Position numbers and translations under genes: made by a program. From contig JAYENL010000115.1 of the NCBI GenBank assembly GCA_034722055.1, forward strand, positions 1-25,013: DNA of 25,013 bases, written 5' to 3'. Below are positions 17,713 to 25,013 of the stretch, in pieces. How positions within the stretch are numbered: the stretch's first letter is position 1; each line of letters starts with the position of its first letter. Origin of the DNA: Armatimonadota bacterium (GTDB lineage Bacteria; Armatimonadota; Zipacnadia; Zipacnadales; UBA5352). Below the pieces are notes generated by a model, which was not told the DNA's origin, searched no databases, and saw nothing but the letters and a program-made list of their open reading frames with translations.

Positions 17713-18645
17713 TTACGCCTCGCCGGCCTTCTTCAGCAGCGCCTCCCACTTCCAGTCCACCCACTCCTGGACGGCCTTGCGCACCTGCTCACCCTGATCG
17801 GACTTGAACAGATGACCGAAGCGCGCCTGCGGCTCCAGGAAGGCCTCGATGGGCTGCTTCTCCCTGGGCGTATAGGTGATGTTGTACTCGCCGTACTCCA
17901 CCTCGTACAGTGGCCAGACGCAGGTGTCTGCGGCGAGCTGGGAGATCTCCGGCGTCAGGGCCCCGTCGTGGCCCCAGCCCAGCGGACAGGGGGTGAGGAC
18001 GTTGATGAACGCCGGGCCCTCGATCTCGAAGGCCTTCTCGGCCTTGCGGGTGATGTCGTTCCACCGGCCGGGGATGGTCTGCGCCGCGTAGGGGATGTCG
18101 TGCGCCACCATGATCTCGGTGAGGTCCTTGCGATTCTGCTGCTTGCCGGGAATCACCTCGCCGGCCGGGCTGGTGGTGGTGTGCGCGCCCTTGAGCGTCG
18201 CGGAGGAGCGCTGCACGCCGGTGTTCATGTAGGCCTCGTTGTTGAGGCACACGTACAGGAAGTCGTGGCCGCGCTCCACCGCCCCGGACAGCGACTGCAG
18301 GCCGATGTCGTAGGTCCCGCCGTCGCCCCCGAAGGCCACGAACTTGTAGTTGGCGTCCGGATCCAGCTTCCCCTGTGCCTTCAGCGACTGGTACATGGCC
18401 TCCAGCCCCGACGCCGCCGCGGCGGCGTTCTCGAAGGCGATGTGCAGCCACGGGATGTTCCAGGCGGTGTAGGGGAAGATGGTGGTGGAGACCTCCAGGC
18501 ACCCAGTGGCGTTCGTGGCCAGCACGGGGTGCTCGGTGGACATCAGGATCTGGCGAGCCACGATCGGCTCGCCGCAGCCCGGGCAGAGCCGGTGGCCGCC
18601 GGTGAGGCGTACCTCTCGATGTGACAGTTGCTTGAGGCTAGGCAT
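17713..18645 (-). CDS. porB: Pyruvate/2-oxoacid:ferredoxin oxidoreductase beta subunit (TPP-binding)
   Basis: AGGAGGAG RBS before ATG 18645. Motifs GHRLCPGCG, ATGCLEV, FENAAA, GGDGGTYDIG...NNEAYMNTG and PCPLGW. Confidence 0.95.
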   Translation of the reverse strand: MPSLKQLSHREVRLTGGHRLCPGCGEPIVARQILMSTEHPVLATNATGCLEVSTTIFPYTAWNIPWLHIAFENAAAAASGLEAMYQSLKAQGKLDPDANYKFVAFGGDGGTYDIGLQSLSGAVERGHDFLYVCLNNEAYMNTGVQRSSATLKGAHTTTSPAGEVIPGKQQNRKDLTEIMVAHDIPYAAQTIPGRWNDITRKAEKAFEIEGPAFINVLTPCPLGWGHDGALTPEISQLAADTCVWPLYEVEYGEYNITYTPREKQPIEAFLEPQARFGHLFKSDQGEQVRKAVQEWVDWKWEALLKKAGEA

Positions 18646-18655
18646 TGCTCTCCTC

Positions 18656-19873
18656 CTACTCCCGCAGGCCCAGGAAGCTGACGGGCTCGGCCGGCTGACC
18701 TGCTTCGGCGAGCTGCTGCAGATCGTCGAAGACGCTCTGCAGGTCCTCGGGCAGGATCTCGCGGCCGCCCAGACCGTAGATGTAGTTGTTGGTGGGAATG
18801 TGCTTGCCGTAGCTGTAGAGAGCCGACGTGATCTCGTGATACAGCGGGCCGGCATGCGCCCCGAAGGAGGCGGCGCGATCGAGCACCGCAACGGCGGAGG
18901 CGCCGTCGAGCGCCGCCACGACCTCCTCGGCGGGGAAGGGCCGGAAGGCTCGGATCTTGAGCATCCCGGCCTTCACGCCCTCGTCGCGCAGGTGCTGAAC
19001 TACGTCGCGCAGCGTGCCGCAGGTGGAGCCGAGGGCGATGGCGATCAGCTCGGCATCCTCGGTCATGAACTCCTCGATGAGGCCATACTCCCGGCCGAAG
19101 GCCTCCCCGAAGCGCCGGCCCTCATCGATGATGGCCTGCTTGGCGTAGGGGTAGGCCGCCATCTGACTGCGCTTGTGCTCGAAGTAGAAGTCGTACAGGT
19201 CCAGCGGCCCGTAGGTGCGCGGGTCGTCGATGTCCAGCATGGGCATGTCCGGCTTGTAGGGGCCGACCCACTCGCGGACGGCCTCATCGTCCTCAACCCG
19301 AAGCAGCTCGTAGGAGTGGGAGAGCAGGAAGCCGTCCATGCAGCTCATCACCGGGAGGCGGACGTCCATGTTCTCGCCGATGCAGACGGCCTGGATGAGG
19401 TTATCGTAGGCCTCCTGCACGTCCTCGGCGTAAAGCTGCACCCAGCCGGCGTCGCGGGCGCCCATGGTGTCGGAGTGGTCGCAGTGGATGTTGATGTTGC
19501 CCGACAGGGCGCGGTTGACGACCGTCAGGATGACCGGCTGGCGGAGCGAGGAGACTATGTAGAGGATCTCCCACATCAGCGCCAGGCCGTTGGCCGAGGT
19601 GGCGTTCATCACGCGACCGCCGCCCACCGCTGCCGCCAGGCAGGCGCTCATCGCGGAGTGCTCGGACTCCACGGCCACGAAGCTGGTGTCCACCTCGCCG
19701 TCGGCGACAAACTGCGCGAAGGTCTGGACGATCTCGGTGGATGGGGTGATGGGGTATGCCGCCACCACGTCGGGATTGATCTGGCGCATAGCCTCGGCGG
19801 CGGCCTCATTGCCCTCCAGCGCAACCTTACCCTTGACCTGGGCCTTCTGTTCGAGCGTCGCGTTATCTCCCAT
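18656..19873 (-). CDS. porA: Pyruvate/2-oxoacid:ferredoxin oxidoreductase alpha subunit
   Basis: GNEAAA, AAYPITPST, VESEHSAMS, NRALSG, DGFLLSH and YGLGGRE. ATG 19873 follows GAGGAGG. Confidence 0.95.
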   Translation of the reverse strand: MGDNATLEQKAQVKGKVALEGNEAAAEAMRQINPDVVAAYPITPSTEIVQTFAQFVADGEVDTSFVAVESEHSAMSACLAAAVGGGRVMNATSANGLALMWEILYIVSSLRQPVILTVVNRALSGNINIHCDHSDTMGARDAGWVQLYAEDVQEAYDNLIQAVCIGENMDVRLPVMSCMDGFLLSHSYELLRVEDDEAVREWVGPYKPDMPMLDIDDPRTYGPLDLYDFYFEHKRSQMAAYPYAKQAIIDEGRRFGEAFGREYGLIEEFMTEDAELIAIALGSTCGTLRDVVQHLRDEGVKAGMLKIRAFRPFPAEEVVAALDGASAVAVLDRAASFGAHAGPLYHEITSALYSYGKHIPTNNYIYGLGGREILPEDLQSVFDDLQQLAEAGQPAEPVSFLGLRE

Positions 19874-19875
19874 TG

Positions 19876-20211
19876 TCACTCCTCCTCCGGCTGGCCGGGC
19901 TCACCGGGCTGGAACTCCCCGCCGGGGACCATCTCGATGCAGTCCTTGGGGCAGACCTCGGCGCAGATCCCGCAGCCCTTACAGTGATCGGCACTGAATG
20001 GCTGTCCGATGACGGACTCGTCCTTCACGGTCACTGCCTCGTCCGGGCAGTAGATCCAGCAGAACAGGCAGTCGATGCAGCACTCGTCGTCCCGGACGGG
20101 GTGCTCGTTGCGCCAGCCGCCCACCGAGTACTCTTCGGCGTTGCCCGCTTGAGGGATGATGCCGGCACGCTCCATCTCGTGCCACTTGGCGTCGGGCGGG
20201 TAGTGGCTCAT
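19876..20211 (-). CDS. porD: 2-oxoacid:ferredoxin oxidoreductase delta subunit (2x[4Fe-4S])
   Basis: GGWRNEHP, CIDCLFCWIYCPD and CKGCGICAEVCP. Confidence 0.95.
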   Translation of the reverse strand: MSHYPPDAKWHEMERAGIIPQAGNAEEYSVGGWRNEHPVRDDECCIDCLFCWIYCPDEAVTVKDESVIGQPFSADHCKGCGICAEVCPKDCIEMVPGGEFQPGEPGQPEEE

Positions 20212-20777
20212 GTGTGGACCTCCTCGTAGGCGCGGTCGAGGGCGGCGTAGTTGGACTCGATGGCGGCCTTCGAGAGCTTGCCGCCCAGGCGATCATCGAC
20301 GGCGTGCTTGAGCGCCTGTACGCTCGGCGTCCCGGCGGCCTTGGCCATGGCCCCCAGCATGGGGGTGTTGGGGATCGGGCGACCGATGGTGTCCATCGCC
20401 ACCCGGGTGGCGTCCACCACGTAGACCTGCACATGGGGGTCGGCGATCTGCTCTCGCACCTCGTCGGGGCTCATGTCGGTGTTCACGATCAGGATCCCGT
20501 CGTCCTCCATCCCGTCGGTGACGTTCTCGGTGCCCAGCAGCGTGTCATCGAGAACGATCACGATGTCGGGGCTCTTGACGCTGGAGCGCAGCCGGATGGG
20601 CTCGTTGGAGATGCGCACGTAGGAGCGCATCGGCGCCCCCCGGCGCTCGGCGCCGTACTCCGGGAAGGCGTTGATGTTCCAGCCCTCCTCGGCGGCGGCC
20701 ACGGCCAGGATGTAGCCGGCGGTCTTCGCTCCCTGCCCGCCCCGGCCGTGGAAGCGGACCTCTGTCAACTGTGCCAT
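20208..20777 (-). CDS. porC: 2-oxoacid:ferredoxin oxidoreductase gamma subunit
   Basis: EVRFHGRGGQGAKT, FPEYGAERRGAP and PNTPMLGA. GGAGG RBS and ATGA-type overlap with porD. Confidence 0.95.
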   Translation of the reverse strand: MAQLTEVRFHGRGGQGAKTAGYILAVAAAEEGWNINAFPEYGAERRGAPMRSYVRISNEPIRLRSSVKSPDIVIVLDDTLLGTENVTDGMEDDGILIVNTDMSPDEVREQIADPHVQVYVVDATRVAMDTIGRPIPNTPMLGAMAKAAGTPSVQALKHAVDDRLGGKLSKAAIESNYAALDRAYEEVHT

Positions 20778-20875
20778 GAACTACCCTCCTCGATCTTCGC
20801 GCGACTGCAGCCAGTGGCTGATTGCGTTGGGGTCTGTAGTCCCCGGCGGCGCCGGCGCGGCGCCGTCCGGGCGCA

Positions 20876-21484
20876 TCACTGAGTCATCTCGGTGCGGCCG
20901 CGCAGCGCCCGCGCCACCGTCACCTGGTCGGCGTAGTCCAGGTCCGCGCCCACCGGCAGCCCGAGGGCCAGCCGGGTGACACGCACCCCCTCCATCTCGC
21001 CGAGCACCTCCCGGAGGAACTCCGCAGTGGCGTCCCCCTCCACCGTGGGCGGCGTCGCCAGGATGACCTCCCTCGCTCCCAGCCGCTCCACGCGCTCCAG
21101 CAGCTCGGAGATGCGCAGCTCACCGGGACCCACGCCTTCCACCGGAGAGAGCACGCCGTCCAGGACGTGGTAGAGGCCCCCGTACTCGCCGGACCGCTCC
21201 ACGGCCATAAGGTCCTTGGCATCGGCTACGACGCAGATGCTGGTGGTCTCCCGCTCTTCATCCATGCACACCGGACAGCGCGCCTGCACCGACCAGTTCC
21301 CGCACTCCTGGCAGCGGCGGATGCGCCGGTGCAGGTCCGCCACCGCCTGCGCCAGCCGCCCGGCGCGCTCGGGCCCCGCGGCCAGCAGATGAAAGGCCAG
21401 CCGCTGGGCGCTCTTGGGACCGATGCCGGGGAGCGTCTCAAGCTGCTCTATCAGCTCCCGGATTGGCTCGGCATAGCTCAGCAT
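20876..21484 (-). CDS. recR: Recombination mediator RecR
   Basis: LPGIGPKSAQRLAFHL, C4 zinc finger CQECGN..CPVC, YHVLDGVLSP, EVILAT..TVEGDATA and LPVGADLDYAD. Confidence 0.97.
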   Translation of the reverse strand: MLSYAEPIRELIEQLETLPGIGPKSAQRLAFHLLAAGPERAGRLAQAVADLHRRIRRCQECGNWSVQARCPVCMDEERETTSICVVADAKDLMAVERSGEYGGLYHVLDGVLSPVEGVGPGELRISELLERVERLGAREVILATPPTVEGDATAEFLREVLGEMEGVRVTRLALGLPVGADLDYADQVTVARALRGRTEMTQ

Positions 21485-21559
21485 TCAAAGCTTCCTTGTG
21501 GCTTCGTCCCCCGGAGGCCGCGGCCGCTGCCGGCCGCGATGACTCTCGCGTGTGGACAA

Positions 21560-21889
21560 TCAGAGGATCTCAGCCAGGTCCATGCCCATGCCCCCCAGCG
21601 GCAGGGCGTCCATGAGCCTGCTACGCTTGAGCTCGGAGGCCTTGCGCAGGGCCTCCCGCACGCCGGCGCAGACCAGATCCTGGATGAGCTCGCAGTCGCC
21701 CTCGGCGATCACCTGGGGGTCGATCGCCACGTCGATGACCTCACCCAGGCCGCTGACGGTGACCTTCACCGCCCCACCCCCGGCGCTGCCCACGACCTCC
21801 GTGACGCGCAGCTCGTCGGCGGCCTGCGCCATCTGCTGCTGCACGCCCTCAAGCTGGCTCTCGATCATCTTCTGGAACGGGTTCAACAT
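21560..21889 (-). CDS. ybaB: YbaB/EbfC family nucleoid-associated protein
   Basis: GSAGGGAVKVTVSG, IDPQVI, ELIQDLVCAG; canonical position between dnaX and recR. Confidence 0.93.
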   Translation of the reverse strand: MLNPFQKMIESQLEGVQQQMAQAADELRVTEVVGSAGGGAVKVTVSGLGEVIDVAIDPQVIAEGDCELIQDLVCAGVREALRKASELKRSRLMDALPLGGMGMDLAEIL

Positions 21890-21968
21890 TGCGGTCAGGT
21901 CTCCCTCGCCCCGGCGTCAGCCCGGGGACTCTTCCACGAAGCGGGCCTCCCCACCTCGCGGCGGCGCA

Positions 21969-23621
21969 TCACCCTTCTGGCGTGTCGAGCTCTCCGTCGA
22001 AGTTGAGCTTCAGCGCCTCAACCATTCGCTCCTGCTGCTCGGCGGCAGCGGCGGCGTCCTCCGGCGCGCCGGGGCAGATGCACCTGATGCGCAACTCCCG
22101 CCCGAAGACGGCCTCCACGGCCGCCTCGATCGGCCGCCGGTGCGACCGCCCCGCCTGCCCACACTCCCAGGCACGCTCGTCCGGGAAGGTCAGCGTGATG
22201 GTGTCGCCCTCCACCTCCATGGGGCTGGCCTCGGCGATCAGGGCCAGCGCGGCCGTGTGCTCGTCGGCCCGGAGCTGCCGGCCCACCCGGTGCCAGTGCT
22301 CCCGGATCGCCTCCAGGGGCGTCTCGCCCTCAGGCAGCTCCACCGGCTCCGGCGGCTCCGCGGGCCCCAGCGCAGTCTCTTCCTCGGGGGCAGGCTCCTC
22401 CCGGGCAGCCTCCGCAGCGGTAGCGGTCTCGGGCCGCTCCGCCTCCGGCGGCGGCTCCTCTGCTGGCGGCTGAGCGCCGGCCTGGGCGGTCGCGGGCGTT
22501 TCCGCTGCGGGCGGCTCCGGCGCCGCCTCTGCGGGAGCGACCGCCGCCAGGTGCGCCAGCGTTACCTCTAGCAGCAGTGACTGCTGGCTGGTCTCGCGCA
22601 GGCGCCGCGAGGCCTCAGCCAGCGTCTCCACGATCTCGCTCAGGCGGCGGGGGCCCATGCTCTCAGCCTGCGCCTGCATCCGATCCTGCCCGGCTGTCGG
22701 GGTCTGCATCCACGCCGGCGGCGTCACCCCAAGCGACAGCCGCAGCAGGTCGCGGAAGTACACCCCCAGGTCCTCCATGAGCTGGCTGATGTCCTTGCCG
22801 GAGGCGACCACGTCGTCCACGGCTGTGAAGACGCCCTCCACGTCTCCCGCGGCCACGGCCTCGCCCAGCGACGCCAGCAGCTCCGCGTCCGTCACGCCCA
22901 GCATGGAGTTCACCAGCTCCACGCTGACCTCCCCCCGGCCGTAGGCGATAACCTGATCCAGGATGCTCTCAGCGTCGCGCATGGCCCCGCCCGCAGCGCG
23001 GGCGATCGCCCCCAGCGCGGCCTCATTCACCTCAACGCCCTCGCTGTCGGCGATCTCCCGCAGGGCCTCAACGATCTGGGCCGTGGGGATAGGCCGGAAC
23101 TCGAAGCTCTGACAGCGCGAGCGGATGGTGGGCAGGATGTTGTGCGGCTCGGTGGTGCAGAGCACGAAGTAGGCGTGCTCGGGCGGCTCCTCGAGGGTCT
23201 TGAGCAGCGCGTTGGAGGCCGCGTCGGTGAGCTGATGCGCCTCATCGAGGATGTAGAACTTATAGCGTGCTTGCGTCGGAGCGTAGGCGATCTTGTCGCG
23301 CAGCTCGCGGATGTCGTCGATGCCCCGATGGCTGGCCGCGTCGATCTCGATAACGTCCATGGCTCGGCCGGAGCCGATGGCCTCACAGATGGCGCATTCG
23401 CAGCAGGGCGTGGGCGTGGGGCCCTGCTCACAGCAGAGGGCCTTCGCCAGCACCCGGGCCGTGGACGTCTTGCCCGTGCCGCGGGGGCCGGCGAAGAGGT
23501 AGCCGTGGGCCACGCGCCCCTCGGCGACGGCGTTCTTGAGGGTGATGGCGACGTGGTCCTGTCCGACGATGTCGTCGAACGTCTGCGGCCTGTACTTGAG
23601 CGCGAAGGTCTGGTACGCCAT
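21969..23621 (-). CDS. dnaX: DNA polymerase III subunit gamma/tau
   Basis: MAYQTFALKYRPQTF, HGYLFAGPRGTGKT, C4 zinc motif, IEIDAAS, ILDEAH, LLKTLEEPP, TIRSRC and GAMRDAES, with a Pro/Ala/Glu linker. Confidence 0.97.
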   Translation of the reverse strand: MAYQTFALKYRPQTFDDIVGQDHVAITLKNAVAEGRVAHGYLFAGPRGTGKTSTARVLAKALCCEQGPTPTPCCECAICEAIGSGRAMDVIEIDAASHRGIDDIRELRDKIAYAPTQARYKFYILDEAHQLTDAASNALLKTLEEPPEHAYFVLCTTEPHNILPTIRSRCQSFEFRPIPTAQIVEALREIADSEGVEVNEAALGAIARAAGGAMRDAESILDQVIAYGRGEVSVELVNSMLGVTDAELLASLGEAVAAGDVEGVFTAVDDVVASGKDISQLMEDLGVYFRDLLRLSLGVTPPAWMQTPTAGQDRMQAQAESMGPRRLSEIVETLAEASRRLRETSQQSLLLEVTLAHLAAVAPAEAAPEPPAAETPATAQAGAQPPAEEPPPEAERPETATAAEAAREEPAPEEETALGPAEPPEPVELPEGETPLEAIREHWHRVGRQLRADEHTAALALIAEASPMEVEGDTITLTFPDERAWECGQAGRSHRRPIEAAVEAVFGRELRIRCICPGAPEDAAAAAEQQERMVEALKLNFDGELDTPEG

Positions 23622-23703
23622 GAAGGCCCTTCCGTTCCGGGCTGGATTGCAGCAGGGCACGGGCCTGCCGACGACGGCTGCCCATGCGTGACACACCGTC
23701 AGG

Positions 23704-23785
23704 CGCTCCGGCGATCAGCCGGAGCGACGCATAGAGTTCACCCACGAGGGTCGGCGGCTGCGCCTTGCAGCCCGACCCTCATGGG
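23704..23785. other. Two GC-rich hairpins between SRP RNA 3' end and dnaX
   Basis: CGCTCCGGC-gatca-GCCGGAGCG (23704-23726) and CCCACGAGGGTCGG...CCGACCCTCATGGG (23741-23785). Confidence 0.6.
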
Positions 23786-23800
23786 GATGTTTCGTGGCAA

Positions 23801-24075
23801 ACCGGTTGTGCACCTGCCTTCGACAACGCCGCCCGACCGTTACCCTCGTAGCCAGCTCCGGCCAGGTTATCTGCGGCACAGGCGACATGCTGCCTACCGC
23901 TGCTCCCTTCCGGGCCTGACGGGGTTCAGCAGCCGTCCCCTTGCGCAGGACCCGACCTTCATCACCGCTTGCGAGGGTCAGACGCCAAACGATGAAGCCT
24001 CGGGCGGGAATTCGGCCCCACTATGGCGGATTGTGGGTGCAGGGTACCGCCAGTCCCCCGCCTAGCACAACCGGT
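23801..24075 (-). ncRNA. ffs: Signal recognition particle RNA, large bacterial type with Alu domain
   Basis: The minus strand contains the domain IV motif CCGTCAGGCCCGGAAGGGAGCAGCGG and a 5' GTGCTAGGCGGGG...CCCTG Alu-like segment. The terminal 11-bp helix is ACCGGTTGTGC/GCACAACCGGT, length is about 275 nt, and it lies upstream of dnaX as with B. subtilis scr. Confidence 0.95.
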
Positions 24076-24077
24076 AA

Positions 24078-24157
24078 AACGGCAGAGAACGACAGATCAC
24101 GGCAGAGAACGACAGATAACATCAGATAACAGCAGAGCACGGCAGAGAACATCAGAC
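24078..24157. repeat. Eight tandem imperfect 10-mers (consensus AACGRCAGAK)
   Basis: aacggcagag aacgacagat cacggcagag aacgacagat aacatcagat aacagcagag cacggcagag aacatcagac. Confidence 0.9.
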
Positions 24158-24210
24158 AACAACACAACAGATCACGACACAGACTGCCCAGACGATAGGG
24201 ACGGTTGTTC

Positions 24211-24454
24211 GCTTGCAGCTTGTAGCTTGTCCCTGCCGTCTTTGCAGCTTGCGACTTACACTTCGCGGCGACCGTTCTCAGAGAAAGACAGTGATGGCAA
24301 GCGGCGGTCGTAAGCTTGCCGCTCGCGGCTTGTAGCTTGTAGCTTGTCCCTGCCGTCCCTGCAGCTTGCGACTTACACTTCGCGGCGACCGCTCTCAGAG
24401 AAAGACAGTGATGGCAAGCGGCGGTCGTGAGCTTGCCGCTCGCGGCTTGTAGCT
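24211..24454. repeat. 117-bp direct tandem duplication (2 copies plus start of a third) containing GCTTGYA heptamers
   Basis: 24211-24327 and 24328-24444 differ at 5 positions; the third copy begins at 24445. Confidence 0.92.
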
Positions 24455-24491
24455 GCCGTATTCACAGCTTGCGGCTGCCGTTACAGCCACA

Positions 24492-24851
24492 TCAGCCCTG
24501 AGCGCGGACATGATCGAGCAGGGCCTCCAGGACGCGGCCGGCCTCGGCCGCTTGCGGCCAGAAGTCGTGCAGCGCGTCCGCACTGATGTAGCCAATGTCG
24601 CGAGCCAGCAGCAAGAGCGATTGCAGCTCTGCGAGCGAGCCGACCGCGACGCGAAGGAAGTACGCGAACTCGGCGCCATTGCCGCGGCCGTGCCCCTCCG
24701 CGACGTTGGCAGGGATCGCCACGGCAGCACGACGGATCTGGTCTCGGAGCGCGTAGCGTTCCTCGGTGGGCAGGCACTCGCTCAGGTCATAGACTGATAG
24801 CGCCAGATCATGCGCCTTGCGCCACGCCGCGAGCTTCTCGAAGGCCGGGAT
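24492..24851 (-). CDS. Four-helix bundle protein (23S rRNA intervening-sequence protein / bAvd-like family); start uncertain
   Basis: FEKLAAWRKAHDLALSVYDL..LPTEERYALRDQIRRAAVAIPANVAEGHGR...EFAYFLRVAVGSLAELQSLL..ARDIGYI. Homology begins at the ATC codon at 24851; the nearest in-frame ATG is 24941. Confidence 0.9.
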   Translation of the reverse strand: MPAFEKLAAWRKAHDLALSVYDLSECLPTEERYALRDQIRRAAVAIPANVAEGHGRGNGAEFAYFLRVAVGSLAELQSLLLLARDIGYISADALHDFWPQAAEAGRVLEALLDHVRAQG

Positions 24852-24939
24852 CGTCTCTCGTCCCCCTCGCGACAGGATCCTGCAGATCGTCCGCCCTGCC
24901 CGAACAGCAGTCGTTGCGTCTGTGCTGCCGTATGCCGCC

Positions 24940-25013
24940 ATCTGCCGTTCTCTGCGCTTGTGTCATAGAGGCAGCAGCAAGCTCAGGACCGTTCCCGCCG
25001 TTATCTGATGTTA
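24940..25013. repeat. Inverted copies of the 10-mer repeat (array probably continues past window end)
   Basis: atctgccgtt (24940-24949), ctctgcgctt (24950-24959) and gccgttatctgatgtta (24997-25013) are reverse complements of units at 24078-24157. Confidence 0.75.

Noticed and set aside
21969..23621. Programmed -1 frameshift in dnaX (gamma/tau)
   Set aside because: No AAAAAAG slippery site or long A run was seen in the gene.
24078..24454. CRISPR array
   Set aside because: No constant repeat with unique spacers; the units are contiguous tandem repeats and no cas genes are present.
24211..24851. Diversity-generating retroelement (Avd-like protein plus a 117-bp TR/VR-like pair)
   Set aside because: The copies are directly tandem and all mismatches are transitions, with only 3 of 5 at adenines of one copy. 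There is no credible target ORF and no reverse transcriptase in the window, though sequence beyond 25013 is unseen.

Overview
High-GC bacterial chromosome segment, probably from an anaerobe. The lineage is uncertain; gene style suggests Armatimonadota or similar (inference only). The left part (1-10.5 kb) is accessory: a >960-aa hypothetical protein missed by the ORF track (minus strand, running off the window), an ALDH / sialidase-like BNR protein / tandem amidohydrolase cluster, and a divergent DUF4838-type protein, with REP-like palindromes in the intergenic gaps. The middle holds recG, rnj (RNase J), an FAD oxidoreductase, a deletion scar (PilB/GspE C-terminal remnant plus a frameshifted TPR remnant) and a COG1751/PK_C-like protein. 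The right part is a minus-strand run: four-helix-bundle gene, large (Alu-domain) SRP RNA, dnaX, ybaB/ebfC, recR and a four-subunit porCDAB 2-oxoacid:ferredoxin oxidoreductase. The most unusual structure is at 24078-25013. Here a four-helix-bundle (23S-IVP/bAvd-like) gene sits directly upstream of the SRP RNA. It is flanked by inverted 10-mer tandem repeats, one array abutting the SRP 5' end, and a 117-bp tandem duplication containing 7-mer repeats lies between the gene and the SRP RNA.
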